The position numbers were made by a program, and so were the translations under genes. A stretch of DNA of 64,000 nt from Podarcis tiliguerta (lineage: Eukaryota), in the NCBI GenBank assembly GCA_965153285.1, contig OZ229111.1. One strand, given 5' to 3'. How positions within the stretch are numbered: position 1 is the first letter of the stretch; the number at the start of each line of letters is the position of its first letter. The notes under the pieces were generated by a model. It did no database searches, was not told the DNA's origin, and worked only from the letters and a program-made list of their open reading frames with translations. Shown piece by piece: positions 40,115 to 52,440 of this stretch.

Positions 40115-40245
40115 CAGGGTGGGGAACCTGTAGCCCTCAGGATGTTGTTGGACTCCAACTCCCATCAGACTCAGCCAGCGTGGCTATTGATTATGGGGGT
40201 TGTGGTCCAACAACATTTAGAGGGCCAACAGTTTGCCCAGCTTTG
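40115..40245. mobile_element. hAT-type hairpin MITE (older relative of 26573-26708)
   Basis: CAGGGTGGGGAACCTGTAGCCCTCAGGATGTTGTTGGACT...GTCCAACAACATTTAGAGGGCC inverted arms. Confidence 0.7.
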
Positions 40246-41659
40246 TTATAAGTGAAACCTGTTCATTCTCTGTCACTTCTCCACTCCAAATCACTCTCCT
40301 AACTTCTTTCCTCCTGCACACTTCGAATTGCTTGTTCCCCCTTGGCAAACTTGCATTTGGAACTGCAAAGAGAAGAAGATAGAAAGTGCCTGCATGGGCA
40401 ATTTGGAACAAAGAAGGAACGAGTGGGAAGAAAAAAAAACCCTAAGCCTTGCCTGGTCTCTTCTCCAAATTCCCCACCCGCAATGCTGCTTTTCTTTATA
40501 AAGTAAACAACAGTATATTAATACAGCTTATTGACACTTACTTGATTTTACTTTTGCACGACAATCCATTCATGGGTGGTCTTAATTTTTGCTATACTTT
40601 GGGATGAGAATATCTGACCAAAATGTGCTGGGAATCACAACCACATGGTAGGCTCCCATGCTGCTCAGACCAACTTTCCTTGCCAGCATCATTGACCTCA
40701 GAGGAAGGCAATGGTGTTGGTACTCAGGTGACCCCCTCTGTATGAATGTTAAAACATGGAGCACCATGGGAACCAGGAATGCAGAAGTGGTCCTGATGCC
40801 ATTCCAGCAGTAGGTGAATTGACCCTCAGATGTTTGAAATTATAAGATGCGATAAGCTCATTCATTCATTCAGCACTGGCCCCCAGTCCTTGCCCCACAC
40901 CTCAGCCCCCAAACTCAAAGCCACACTTCAGCTTTCTCCTCCATAATAACGTTCATCATTGCTTCTTCTCATGTGCATAAATACATGCGTACATCATTTC
41001 TTTCTCCTAAGCATGTCCCCCACTAAGTTACATGTGTCCCGTCCCCCCATAACTGTCCACCCTTCAAATACTTAGAAAACAGGGAGTCAGTGTTCAAAGA
41101 GGAATTGCAATTGCTTTTGGGTTATGTGGATATTAGTGTAGATTATGGACTTTGGATATTCAGAATCCAGTCTAAATATAATATGGGCAATTAATAGTGA
41201 GCCCCTGTGGTTTGCCAGCTGAGCAACTGTTGCTGGTATTTTAAAATAAATCATTCTCCGATAACAAACTCAAAATAACAATAGCCAGAGGCATTAGAAG
41301 TTTGGCAGGAATTTCCCCTCATGAATGTTAGTTCTCTCTTAATCTAATCTGCCCTTGGTCTTTGCTATGAACATCTGTGGCTGCTCTTCAAATACATCCT
41401 GGAGGAATATTTATATAAAAACACAGAGATGGAATAAAATCCAAAACCTCTAGTCAGGAGCACTTAGCAGCAAAGAAGCTGATGTACAACACTGCCCATG
41501 AAAATATGTCTCAATCATGACCCCGTGCTGCAATTGTAGGATGGTGAAATGGGTTTCTTCTCTCAATTTAGAGCTAACGTGCTCTTTGCTAGCATAACGG
41601 GGGCCTAAGTTGGAGATTTGTGTATATGTTACAAACTTCTGAAGAACAGTGCGAGGCAG

Positions 41660-41855
41660 CATGATTAGAATGTCAGACTAGGTTCAGGAAGACCTGAGTT
41701 CAAAACCTCATTCATTATACGTATAGTCTTGGGCCAGCTGCTATCTCTCAACCTAACCTCCCTCACAGGGTTGTTGTGAGGATAAGAAGAGGGGCAGGAA
41801 GACCAGCGTATGCTGGCCTGAGCTTCTTAGTTGAAGGTTATAAATGTAATAAGTA
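41660..41855 (+). mobile_element. Squam3-type SINE
   Basis: B-box GAGTTCAAAAC, core TTGGGCCAG...CTCTCAACCTAACCTCCCTCACAGGGTTGTTGTGAGGATAA, tail TATAAATGTAATAA. Confidence 0.7.
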
Positions 41856-42087
41856 CATAAACTGTGGTCTGATATCTGAGTTGTCAAAGGGATGGGGAAT
41901 GGTACATTTATTGTCACTGACCTCCTACGATAGCTTCCGCAATTTGCATCATGTCTCTAACCCTAACCCTAACCTTAAGTTTCCCTTCCTTTCTCCAACT
42001 TCTCAAGGATGTCATTGTTACAAAGGCATGAAGTGCCTTCCTCCAAGTGCTTGCTACCAAGTTTATACTTGTTTTATCTCTACATTT

Positions 42088-42180
42088 AAGGGTTGTGGCT
42101 CAGGGGGTAGAAGATCAGCTTATTGAGCTAGGTAGACCAATGGTCTGACGTGTTATATAAGGCAGTTTCCTATGTTCCTA
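42088..42180 (+). mobile_element. Internally deleted Squam2-like SINE
   Basis: Head GGGTTGTGGCTCAG..GGTAGA joined to tail GACCAATGGTCTGAC..TATAAGGCAGTTTCCTATGTTCCTA. Confidence 0.6.
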
Positions 42181-42239
42181 CATACTCAACAGCCATTTAA
42201 AAAATATTCAGACAAATGACAATTTTTCCTGTATGTGAG

Positions 42240-42263
42240 TGAGAGAGAGAGAGAGAGAGAGAG
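42240..42263. repeat. (GA)n microsatellite
   Basis: Direct reading. Confidence 0.9.
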
Positions 42264-42314
42264 GATATAACCAACCACTACAACAAGTTTTATTATACTA
42301 TGACAGACCCAGTA

Positions 42315-42338
42315 AAAAAGGTAAAGGTACCCCTGCCC
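42315..42338 (-). mobile_element. 24-bp 3' stub of a Sauria SINE with 13-bp TSD
   Basis: AAAAAGGTAAAGGTACCCCTGCCC flanked by perfect GACAGACCCAGTA (42302-42314, 42339-42351). It matches the terminus of the longer copy at 58364. Confidence 0.8.
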
Positions 42339-43464
42339 GACAGACCCAGTACAATCAAATTAAAACACCAAAATCATACAGTTTCTAATATTCACTGATT
42401 TAAAATACTATATATGGTACAATGAAAACAAATCAAGATACCAAGTAAACTGAAACAATCCCTTTATGGTTCTCTGCAGCAGAAAATAGAGATCTTCCAT
42501 TCCAAATTGTTCCATGACATTATTTTGTTTGTGTTAGCCAATAAATAGGTAGCCCAAATACCATTCACAGGTACTTCCTGGGTATTTTAGTAGGATGGGA
42601 TTAGATAATTAATTCTCCTCATCTCTATGAGAATATAATGATGATAGCAGCTAGGACCTTAAAAGGGTCTGAGGCCTAAGTCCAGCACTCTCTCTGCCTT
42701 TAGGGGCAATGCTAGAGCACCTCATGGACACCCACACAGTTGTTATGCATAGGTGGGGAGCTTCACTGTAGCCCGTGAGTGACAGACATTTTAAAAAACC
42801 CACCGTCCATTTTTTCTTCTGCCTTTTAAATCCAGAGTTGGAATCTGGAGTCCACATTGACACTGGATATGACTGTGTGGGTTAAAGAAGATTGCCAGCC
42901 TCTCCACGCATGTGGAGAAGGTTCTCTGAAGCTTTCTTTGTGTCTTCATTTTAGCATTTGAATTTGTGGGTTTTTTAATTGGAATTTGTTGTTTCTACTA
43001 TGGCCACAACAATGGATTTGTATAGATTAGCCTTAACTACAGGAATTCTGTAAGGAAATCTGGCCGCATGAAATCCAAGTTGCCGTTGAGCTATCGTATG
43101 GCTTGCTACCTCCGCCCCCTTATTCCCTTTTCTAAAATTCTACACTGCAGGATAATCTATTAATTCCAAATATGCTGAAAAAGAAAGGAGCAATAAAAAT
43201 TTCTTGAATACTTCTGTGGGGAAAACAGTTTTCTCTTAATGTCAAGAAAGACAATAAGCAGGAGCATTCTAAGCTTGGCTGCTGATAAATTGGATTGACA
43301 AAACAGACATGAAAGGCAGTTGGCCTACTTTCCTGACTCATGTTATTGTTCTGCAAGTCAGGGCATGAAAATTGCTGAGTTATGAAGCTAAAAAGATTGG
43401 GGAAAGGCATTATTCATGCTAAAGAGATTAGCAGTAGTACCCATATTCAGAATTGTACTTAACT

Positions 43465-43635
43465 AATTTCCATCCTGTCCTTTCTCTGAGGGGCTCAGAA
43501 AGGTATATATGGGGCTGTCCTATTCTGTCCTCTCAAAAACCCTGTATAGGTTATTCTGCAACAGACAGTTCGGTTGAGCAGAGATTTGAATCCAGATCTC
43601 CCCCTTTCAAATCAAGCACTCTGTCCATTATAACT
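43465..43635 (-). mobile_element. Degraded Squam3-type SINE
   Basis: TCCTCTCAAAAACCCTGTATAGGTT...GAGATTTGAATCCAGATCTCCC..TTCAAATC is the reverse of the core and B-box. Confidence 0.6.
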
Positions 43636-44118
43636 CACATCTGAAGTGATTACTAGAACATACTAGCACAGAGCACTGAATTCAAAATAAGAATTAAGCA
43701 GACAACCTAAATTAACAAAAACAGCTAAACATATAGCTACACACAGGTCTGCTGCCTGAGTTAATGGAAACATAGGCAGTTTCCTAAAGTTTACTATGAT
43801 TCCCTTTGCTTTCTGGGTGCCCTTTTGTTGTTGTTGTTGCTGCTGTTGATTAAATGAACTGGTAACCTAAGTTTGTAATCCTATACCCTTTTTGCCTGGG
43901 AGTAACTACCACTGAACTAAGTGGTGCTTATTTTTGAGTAGGCATGTATAGATTTGCACAATAAGACTGTTCATACATTTCCCATCTCATATTTGTACCT
44001 GACTCAGTACAATGTCCTGCAGATTTTAGCTAACTTTTTTTTTTTAAGCAGCAATGGGGGAAAATAACTATATTTTCCTTGTTTTCTCCAATTCTGCGGC
44101 TCTTCTTTCATTTCTCAG

Positions 44119-44231
44119 ATTATGAGCGGCCATTTATCAATAAACCAGAGGCTCTTCTTATCTACAAGAAGGAGAATATCTGGGTCCCATGCCTGGTATC
44201 TATTCCAGACCTTAACATCACTTTGCTCTCG
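44119..44231 (+). CDS. FLT4: VEGFR3 exon 4 ([38 protein letters not shown])
   Basis: 113 nt, TTTCTCAG acceptor, TCG|GTAAGA donor, frame continuous; WVPCLVSIP motif of D2. Confidence 0.97.
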
Positions 44232-45607
44232 GTAAGAAATCTCCCTGTGGGATGACTCAGGAATCTGCCTTATTTCAGTCTGAAGGGGAACAGAGAAAAC
44301 ACCTGGGGTGTGTATGTGTGAAAGAAAAACAGAAAAGAAAGAAACCCACTAAAGGTGTTGTCCTTGCAAATCTGGATGAAATCCCTGGATGTAACCCCTG
44401 TGGATGTTTCCCAGTAACAGTTGTGGTTCCCCCATTTTGGACTCCCTTGCACTGCTGATTTCAGAGTCCCTTCAGATTGCTCTGAAACAGGGATGGGAGA
44501 CCTGCTGCCCTCCAACTCTCATCAGCTCCAGCCAGTATGGCGAATGGTCAGGGGGAGGATGAGAACTGCAGTCCCAACAACATTACAGATTACCCATTCC
44601 CACTCTACAGTGTTAATGATCTTCTCTGAAGAGATACTCCAGCATTATAATATATTATAATCTGGAGAAGGAAGTGGAACTCCTAGGGAGGGGAGGAAAA
44701 CATTTCATATATATATTCAGTTCTCTCTAAGGAGGCTTCATTTTCTGGCAAACTAGCATCAATTTATGCAGTTCTCCTTTTCTGGGTGTCGTACCCCACT
44801 TTCTGCAGGCTGTGAGAACCATTTCACATGCATTGTTCCACCAAGTATACACTTTTCTGGGTGATGCATCCAATCATAGCCCCTGGTGTTTGTACCTGTA
44901 TGATGCATGTTTTTGAAAATACATCTTTGCTTACATTTCAGAGTTTTAAAACCTATTTGGTGCACACCCAAATATAGCATGTGAAGCAGCCCTTTGCTAA
45001 AATGCATAAGCTGCAATCTTTTAAGGGGTTTCCCAGTTTTTAACAATGCTTGAAATCCTACAAGAGTCATGGGAAACTATGGAAAGGACCAACACACTGC
45101 TTCATCTGCTGCTATATTTACACTTCTCATGAAATGCAAAGAGAAACATTTGTCCTGGGAGGCCAGAACCAATTTCCGTATCTGAGGGAAATGGCAGGCT
45201 GTGCACAGTGTAACCTCACCAGTGTCGTAAATTCATGCCTTGTGTTCCTAGCCATGTAGTTCAGTCTCCTTCACTCTTTGGGTAAGCTGTCCTCTCAGCC
45301 ATTTTTCTTGCCTCTTCCTCTCCTAGAATCGCAACAGTCGCATGACCAAAGCTTCATTGGAAGTGCATTTGGATTTATGTTGGGGGTGTCAGTAGAAAAA
45401 GGCCACAACCTCCCCACCCCCCACAAAAAAGCCCCACAGGGTCACATACTGAAACAGAAAGCTGTCTATAAGTTTGGAGGGATTTCCCCACTCCGTCAGG
45501 TGTGAAATATTGGAACTGGTCTTGAATAGCAATTCAAAGAAATGGAGGATGCAGCAGTAATGATATCACCCTGCACGTCTCTTTAAAAATATTTTATCTG
45601 TTTCTAG

Positions 45608-45770
45608 ACAACCTCTCCCATATATCCAGATGGGAAGAACATTCTTTGGGACAACAAAAAAGGAATGCTGGTCCCCACTCACCTGATCAAGGACTCCTTG
45701 TTTGTTGAGTGCGAAACTTTCATTGATATGAAGCCCCGCAAATCAAGTTTCTTCCTTGTCCACATTGCAG
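45608..45770 (+). CDS. FLT4: VEGFR3 exon 5 (TTSPIYPDGKNILWDNKKGMLVPTHLIKDSLFVECETFIDMKPRKSSFFLVHIA)
   Basis: 163 nt, TTTCTAG acceptor, CAG|GTGAAT donor, frame continuous. Confidence 0.96.
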
Positions 45771-47005
45771 GTGAATTTTGGAACAGAGTCAGTCACTGTG
45801 ACAATCAACCTCTTAAAAGTGCTCAGGCAGTACGACAACCATTTTTCACACATGAGGCTTCCAGCCACTCTTGCTGCAGTCCCTTTGTAATGTGATTATG
45901 AAACCTGCTATGACCAGAAGGCTTGTTTTGTATTAAAAATGCCTCTGGTTTGCCTGCTACATCATCAACAAACAGCTTCAATTGTCATGCCCATGACTTC
46001 AAGCCATAATTGAGGGATTGATTTAGAAGGTGAGGAAGGCTCCAGGCACTAGTTCTGGACCTAATCACCCAGACAATCGCCTCCAGTTCCCTCTGAGCCA
46101 TAGGCCCCAACAGCAGCACAACTGCCCTTGCTCTTAAGGGCTTATTAGTTTCCATGCCTGGTCAAGATGCCACTAGATGTGGATAGGCATTGGCTGAGTA
46201 GTGTATCACTCCAGGAACAGGCATGTCCCTTTAAACTTCTCCATCCATCTCAGTGAGGGCAGAACCTGGCAACCACGTCAAAGGTAGGAGACTTGGATGG
46301 GTTTCAGCCATTATCAGAACAAGTAGTCACTGCAGTGCTGTCTGAGGTGCTGCTCCTCCAACATGACCTCTCCCCGCCCATAAGTCTGATAGATGCATGT
46401 TTGTGCCTAAGTACAATTGTGAAAATGCTAAATCTTACATAATAAAAACCAAAACACACATGCATTCACAGTCTTGGGAACAGGCAACCTGTGGCATCAG
46501 AGAACATTTCAGAATAAGGTAGGATGACGTGAAATGAAATGAAAGTTTAAAAAATAAGGAAGCAAAATAAGCAATGTCTGGGTGCAAATAAACCCTCACA
46601 TTCTATCTGTGCTATCTACAATGGCAGTCATCATTACCCCTTCAAATGGCCACATATTCCTTGTTCAAAATGCACTTTTTGATATGGCACACCCTCATTC
46701 CTATTCCCTTCATATATCTTGCTATATTTTGTAGGATGTCAATTGACAGTTGAATAAGGAAGTAATCAACAAACTTTAAGGTAGGGGGTTTGACCATCCA
46801 GAACCACAGTAGTTTGATAACACAGACAAATGGCTACAGAATTAAGCAAATATATGGTGGGGGGCATCTTAGACCAATGAGCCTGTGTTGTGTGGTTTGA
46901 TTTTATTTTTTATAAATTTGTTACAATTTTGTAGCAAGAGTTCTGCCCCCCCCCCCCCAAGGAATAACTGTATTTGTTTAAGTAGTTGCCTTACTTTTAC
47001 ACCAG

Positions 47006-47145
47006 GGAATGAACTTTATGACATCCAGTTGTTTCCAAGGAAGGCCATGGAGCTTCTAGTGGGAGAAAAACTATATCTCAACTGTACAGTATGGGCTGAG
47101 TTTAATTCGGGAGTTGATTTCCAGTGGGATTACCCTGCGAAACAG
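47006..47145 (+). CDS. FLT4: VEGFR3 exon 6 ([47 protein letters not shown])
   Basis: 140 nt, CCAG acceptor, CAG|GTAGGA donor; conserved D3 motif [13 protein letters not shown]. Confidence 0.97.
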
Positions 47146-47235
47146 GTAGGAATTGACATCATCTTATGCAGTTTTTGCTTCTATGAGTGGTTTGTGTGCA
47201 CTACTTTTAATTTTGGATCCATGGAGTGGAAGCGG

Positions 47236-47236
<1 letters not shown>

Positions 47237-47266
<30 letters not shown>
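47237..47266. repeat. (AC)n microsatellite
   Basis: Direct reading, ~15 units, 90 bp into intron 6. Confidence 0.9.
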
Positions 47267-47268
<2 letters not shown>

Positions 47269-47487
47269 CAATTCATGCATAGTTGACAAACCTAATTACA
47301 CTGGTATAGTCACATCTGATGTTCCTTGTACTCTCTGCCTTGTTACTTGCAGCCTTCCTTTCCCCCTAAATTTGCTCCCTGCAGAGAAAAAATGAAATAG
47401 CAATTCCTTCCCGAGTACATGCCAGTTCAATCCAGTTTGGGGTATGTTTGCATTCACAATATCCCTGACACCTCCATCACTGCTGGG

Positions 47488-47667
47488 ATGGGCTGCAGCT
47501 CTCTGGCACAGCATCTGCTGTGCATGCAGAAGATCCATGGCATCTCTAGGTAGGGCTGTGAATTGCCTCCTGCCTGAAACCCTGGAGAGATACTGTCAGT
47601 CAGTGTAGACAGTACTGAGCTGGAGCAAGCAATGGTTCTAACTCGGTGAAAGGCAGCTTTCTGTGTC
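47488..47667 (+). mobile_element. Squam2-like tRNA-derived SINE
   Basis: GCATCTGCTGTGCATGCAGAAG...CTGCCTGAAACCCTGGAGAG...GTCAGTGTAGACAGTACTGAGCT...AAGGCAGCTTTCTGTG. Confidence 0.7.
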
Positions 47668-48314
47668 ACAACAGCCCTACTCATATGTTTAAAAGAATGG
47701 GCGTAGAGAAAGACGTGTATGCCAGCCCTGCCCCAAAGGTCACTGTCCCCGTAGGCTCCATCCCCAACATTTCTGGAACATTTTGCTGAGCAGGCTAAAT
47801 GAGATCAAAGGTTTACCAAGAAAGATGCAGAGGGAGGCTCCTGTGCAGGAGTTTCTTTGGGGAAGCAAGCTAGGGTGACAGAGAAAAGAGACTTGCCTCC
47901 TCCAAGTCACAGTGAGAGTCTTTGCTCCCATATTGACCCACCTTGTAGACTTACCTGTGCTTGTCTTCATCGCTCCTTTTTCTTCTTGACTCCTTATCTG
48001 GGAGTTATATGTGTTTGCAGAGGTGTTCACACTTCACATCCACACAGTTGTGCAACACCTCGTATGTCTGGAAGTTCTTCTATGCATGCACAAAATATCC
48101 CTCCACACAGCAAGCTAACATGTCAGGGGAAAACTTTTTACCCAAAAACTCTCCTTGAAATGGTGGTTTCCCTGTATACAAAGAATTCTCTTGTATGAAG
48201 GAACATCCAATCATATGAGCTCTGCCTGCAAGTTGATGTGGTTTAGCCCAGATACAATTTTACTTTGCCAGCTGGGATTAGGCTTTTGACTACTCTGTCA
48301 CCCCCTTTTAAAAT

Positions 48315-48447
48315 CAGCCTTCTCCAACCTGGTGCCCTCTGGGTATTGTTTGACTACAACTTCCAACATCCCTGACTGTTTGCATTCTGGCTGGGGTTGA
48401 TGTGAGTAGTCCAAAGTACCAGGAGGGCACCAGGTTGGGAAAGCCTG
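48315..48447. mobile_element. hAT-type hairpin MITE
   Basis: TIRs CAGCCTTCTCCAACCTGGTGCCCTC / GAGGGCACCAGGTTGGGAAAGCCTG. Confidence 0.78.
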
Positions 48448-48526
48448 CTGCGGTGGGGAGGGCATCCTAATATTTCCTAATATCTTATATGTTTATTCCT
48501 TTCCTTCTGTTGCCTTCGTCTGGCAG

Positions 48527-48698
48527 ATGAACCGGAAAGTCACAGAACTGCCTGAGAGGCGCTCCCAGCAGACACACACTGAACTTTCTAGCATCCTGAT
48601 CATCCAAAATGTGAGCCTACAAGACCTGGGAAAATATACATGCAAGGCTAGCAATGGGGAGCAAGACTTGAAGGAGAGCATAGATGTCATCGTACATG
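48527..48698 (+). CDS. FLT4: VEGFR3 exon 7 ([57 protein letters not shown])
   Basis: 172 nt, GGCAG acceptor, ATG|GTAAAA donor; [16 protein letters not shown] is diagnostic. Confidence 0.96.
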
Positions 48699-48887
48699 GT
48701 AAAAACCATTAACTCAGGATAAGAAAACCTTGTAGGTGCTTCTGGTGTGTTAGCATGGTGGCAAACAGTTTAAAGGCAGCTGGTGTCCTTTGTGAAACAG
48801 TGGAGAAGATCAGATAAGATAAAGGAAGCAGCGGAGAACTTCCTGTGAAGACTGACCTTTTGTCCTCTGTTTCTGCCATATGAAAAC

Positions 48888-48911
48888 GTGTGTGTGTGTG
48901 TGTGTGTGTGT
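48888..48911. repeat. (GT)n microsatellite
   Basis: Direct reading. Confidence 0.9.
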
Positions 48912-49615
48912 AAGTGTGTAAGAAAGAGAGAGATTATTATGTGACACACCATGTTCTCTAGGATTATGGCATGACAGAGCAAAGATCCAATGCTCCTGCT
49001 AAACAACAGCAAAGGATATGTTCCCAGGAGTAAGCTGACATGATTCTGAGTTAAGTCATGGTGGTAACCAGTACTGATACCAAACTCCATATTATCACTG
49101 AGATGTCAGAGCAGATGTTCCCTTTTTCTCTCTCTAAGGACTGCCTTTTTTATAGCAGCTGAAACTGTCCACTTGCCCTCCTTATGCCTATGTCATTCTG
49201 TAGGTAGTAACTATAAACTAACCACCACCCATACAAAGAAAACTTTTACTTGAGCTGAAAAGTTCTGGCAAAAGTAGCGGTAAGTGTTAGTTAAAATCTC
49301 CATCCAATGCAAGGTTATTTGCAGGATAAGGCATGGTAGCATTGTCAACGTTTAAGAAAGACAGGTCCCTGTACCTTCACGGAGCAAACTGTCAATCAGT
49401 GTAAACTGTTCTCATGTCTGCACAAATTCAGGGATACACAGATTCAGTATCTAATGGGCACCTGTGCATACGTGATGTTTATTTCCAAGCAGTGCATACT
49501 TCTACAATGTGTATGGATTAATGCTATCTAATCTCTGCTGTAGCTCCAGCATGGTCATCTCACAGCATTCACCCTGCTTTCTTCTTCTTCTCTCTTATCT
49601 GTCTGGTTTTCACAG

Positions 49616-49733
49616 AGAAACCCTTCATCAATGTGGAGTGGAGGAAGGGTCCAGTGATTGAAGCAACAGCAGGAGATGAAATGGCGAAGCTGCCGGTGAA
49701 AGTGGTTGCCTACCCCCAGCCTGAGTTCCAGTG
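49616..49733 (+). CDS. FLT4: VEGFR3 exon 8 ([40 protein letters not shown])
   Basis: 118 nt, CACAG acceptor, GTG|GTAATG donor, frame continuous. Confidence 0.97.
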
Positions 49734-50564
49734 GTAATGCACTCCCCCTCTTAGCATATAGGCTTAGCAGGCTTCAGGGCTGACCTTTGTAGAGAAGGGG
49801 AAAAGAGGGGGAGAAAGGCCCCTGTCTTGCTGAAATCGATTTTGTGAGAGGAGTGACACTGCCCTCCCACACGGCTTGAGGGTTCTGATTTGGAGGTCTG
49901 TTTCAAAACCTGAGCGATTCTTCTTGACTTCTGTGGTTCTTAAGCTTGACTCATTACCCAGCATTTTAACATTGTATAGCAAAGCAGGCTATTCTTTTCA
50001 CCGGAGACATAAAAATTCTTCCTCGTCTTTTCTCCAGAGTTCTGGCAGACGTTAGAGGCAGGGAGAAACAATCTTTCTCATCATTCGCTTTGTTGGCAAA
50101 CGCACGCCACACAAACACACAAATGTTCTCCACCCACACACAAGTGCTGTCTCACATTCCCTGTGGCTATGTAAACACCTGTTAACACTTTCAGAAAGCT
50201 GAGGCCCTCCTGACTAAGGGAAAGTCGTGGAATCTGGTACTGAGGTGGCAAGTGTTTGGGTCTAGACTTGCACCTCAGTCCCAGTCAGAGGGGATCATAG
50301 CTGAGCTCCCTGGGGGTGCCACATATATCCTGATCTCATTCTGATCAGCCAGCTGGTGACACAATAGCAAGGAAAGCGGAGTTAGGGAAGTGGATTCCAT
50401 CTCTCACAAACTCACTTCATTCTGTCATATCAGCTTGTGCTGTGTGTAAAATTATAAGTAGTATAAGCCCTTCACTTCAGCCCCTTGCTCAGCTATGTAG
50501 CAGTAACTTGCCATAAATGGCACTTTTGCAAGATGCCACAAAGCAGTGAAGTGTCACTTCATAA

Positions 50565-51000
50565 GGGCAGGACACACCTGTCATTTTAAATTTCTCTCCT
50601 TTTTTTTCATTTTTTCCAATCTCATGGTCAGTTCTCCATACTTCCATTTCAGTTTACAATTTTAAAAAAAAATTCTCATGAAAATTTATCAGAATTTTAG
50701 TATGCACTTCTCATATGTACATTTTTGTATGCAATTTTACCTATTAAACATAATTTTGCAAGTGATTTTCCGTAACATTTTTGGATGTTATCTTCACTAA
50801 CGTATGTATTTTTAAATGCACATATTTACCCATGCATATACAGTTTTAAAAAACATTCTTTGGTTTGATAATGCATTGCAAAATTTGGAGAAGTGTGGAT
50901 TTTGAGGAGAAGCTGTGTTTTGGGATCTTGTATTGTTTTGAGAAATGCAAATTAAGTAATTTGACATTACATTGCAAACCTAATTTCCCCTGCATTTTAT
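50565..51000. mobile_element. Old AT-rich squamate non-autonomous DNA element
   Basis: TTCTCATGAAAATT, repeated CATTTTTG(T/C)A modules and TGCATTGCAAAATTTGGAGAAGTG, recognised as a common squamate interspersed repeat; ends degraded. Confidence 0.5.
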
Positions 51001-51212
51001 ACATCTGAATTTTGCCTTGGGTGGTTGTGAGTGTTTTCCCTTTGGCCAGAAAACGCAGCAAGCTTTTCCTGGAAGGGGAGGAATTTGTGAGAGGTCTCCC
51101 TTTGAGGAAGTGCCTCCTGCCATGGACTGAAGCCCTGTGACTGCCTTTTGGGAGGAACGTGCTAATCCACACACACATACACCTCTCTCTTTCTCTCTCT
51201 GCTTCTGCCCAG

Positions 51213-51367
51213 GTTTAAGGATGGAAGGTTAATTTCCAACAGGCAGTCTCAATATTCCCTGCAGATCAAGGATGTGGCAGAGCAGAACTCTGGCTCCTAC
51301 ACGTTGGTTCTGAAGAACGGGCCGGCTGGACTGGAGAAGAGCATTAGTCTCCAGCTGGTGGTCAATG
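51213..51367 (+). CDS. FLT4: VEGFR3 exon 9 (FKDGRLISNRQSQYSLQIKDVAEQNSGSYTLVLKNGPAGLEKSISLQLVVN)
   Basis: 155 nt, long CT tract + CCAG acceptor, ATG|GTAAGG donor. Confidence 0.96.
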
Positions 51368-52188
51368 GTAAGGAGGTTGGACTAATGGGAAAGGAATGTC
51401 CTGAAACCCTGTGCAGTTCGACAAATGTTTGTACCTGATGTCATTTGGCCTTGTGTGGTTGGTTATTTTAACAGGTCCGTGCTATAGAGGATGAAGGCCA
51501 TAGTCCTTTGCCCTTCCCCCCCGGCCCCAGTCCAAATTGGCCCCATGTGCATCCTATTCACAATGGGAGGGGAACTGGCTCTGTCTGGGACATGGCAAGG
51601 GCAAAAGGGCTGGAACCCTTCTTCTCCCCATACTAGGCTGAACAATGAGGATGGCATTGCATCTAGAATGACTCCTTATCGGTTTGTGTTATCCTTCCTC
51701 CTCTGGGACTTCTCTGTCCTTTCAGATCAGAAAGTTATAAAATGAATGCCACTGGGTCAATGTTTTTAATAAAAAAATAAAATATAATATGATGAGTAGG
51801 GCAAGGAAAGAGTGTCAGGTTTGGAATGGGGGGACCCTCTGTTCAAATACCGTTTCCTACTGCACATAATGGCAGCAGATCCATGTCTCAGGATTTGATT
51901 GCCACCAAAATCCCTATATAAGAAGGTTTAGTGCAGGCAGGTGGGAGAAACTGAAATCTTCTCCCACCCACATGTTCCCACCCCCACTGACACTGCATTC
52001 TAAACAAAGTTCTCTTTCATTGGGGCTTTGTTACCATTGCCAAGGAAAGGCTAAAAGGTAATTTGGAGGTGGGAAAAACAATTTCACTTCTCCCCCCCCC
52101 CCCATCCTGCACATTAAATCCCCCCTCCCCGCCCTTCTCTGCTTTGTAGGGATTCAGCACCACCAGTCTGGGTCACAGTGTATTTGGC

Positions 52189-52440
52189 CAGAGGTAGGCA
52201 ACCTAAAGCCTGGGGGCCGGATGTGGCCCAATCACCTTCTCACTCTGGTCCGCGGACGGTCCAGGAATCAGCATGTTTTTACATGAGTAGAATGCATCCT
52301 TTTATTTAAAATGTATCTCTGGGTTATTTGTGGGGCATAGGAATTTGTTCATTATTATTTTTTCAAAATATAGTCTGGCCCACAACATGGTCTGAGGGAC
52401 AGTGGACTGGCCCATGGCTGAAAAAGGCTGCTGACCCCTG
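52189..52440. mobile_element. hAT-Charlie MITE, OC1/OposCharlie1-like 3' end
   Basis: TIRs CAGAGGTAGGCAACCT / AGGCTGCTGACCCCTG, perfect 8-bp TSD TATTTGGC (52181-52188, 52441-52448), subterminal GGTCTGAGGGACAGTGGACTGGCCC. Confidence 0.88.

Noticed and set aside
41957-41978. Interstitial telomeric repeat (CCCTAA)
   Set aside because: Only two perfect units plus partials, compatible with chance or a repeat remnant.
48699-48712. Soluble D1-D3 isoform by exon 7 read-through (GKNH*)
   Set aside because: An in-frame stop exists but I found no canonical poly(A) signal in intron 7.
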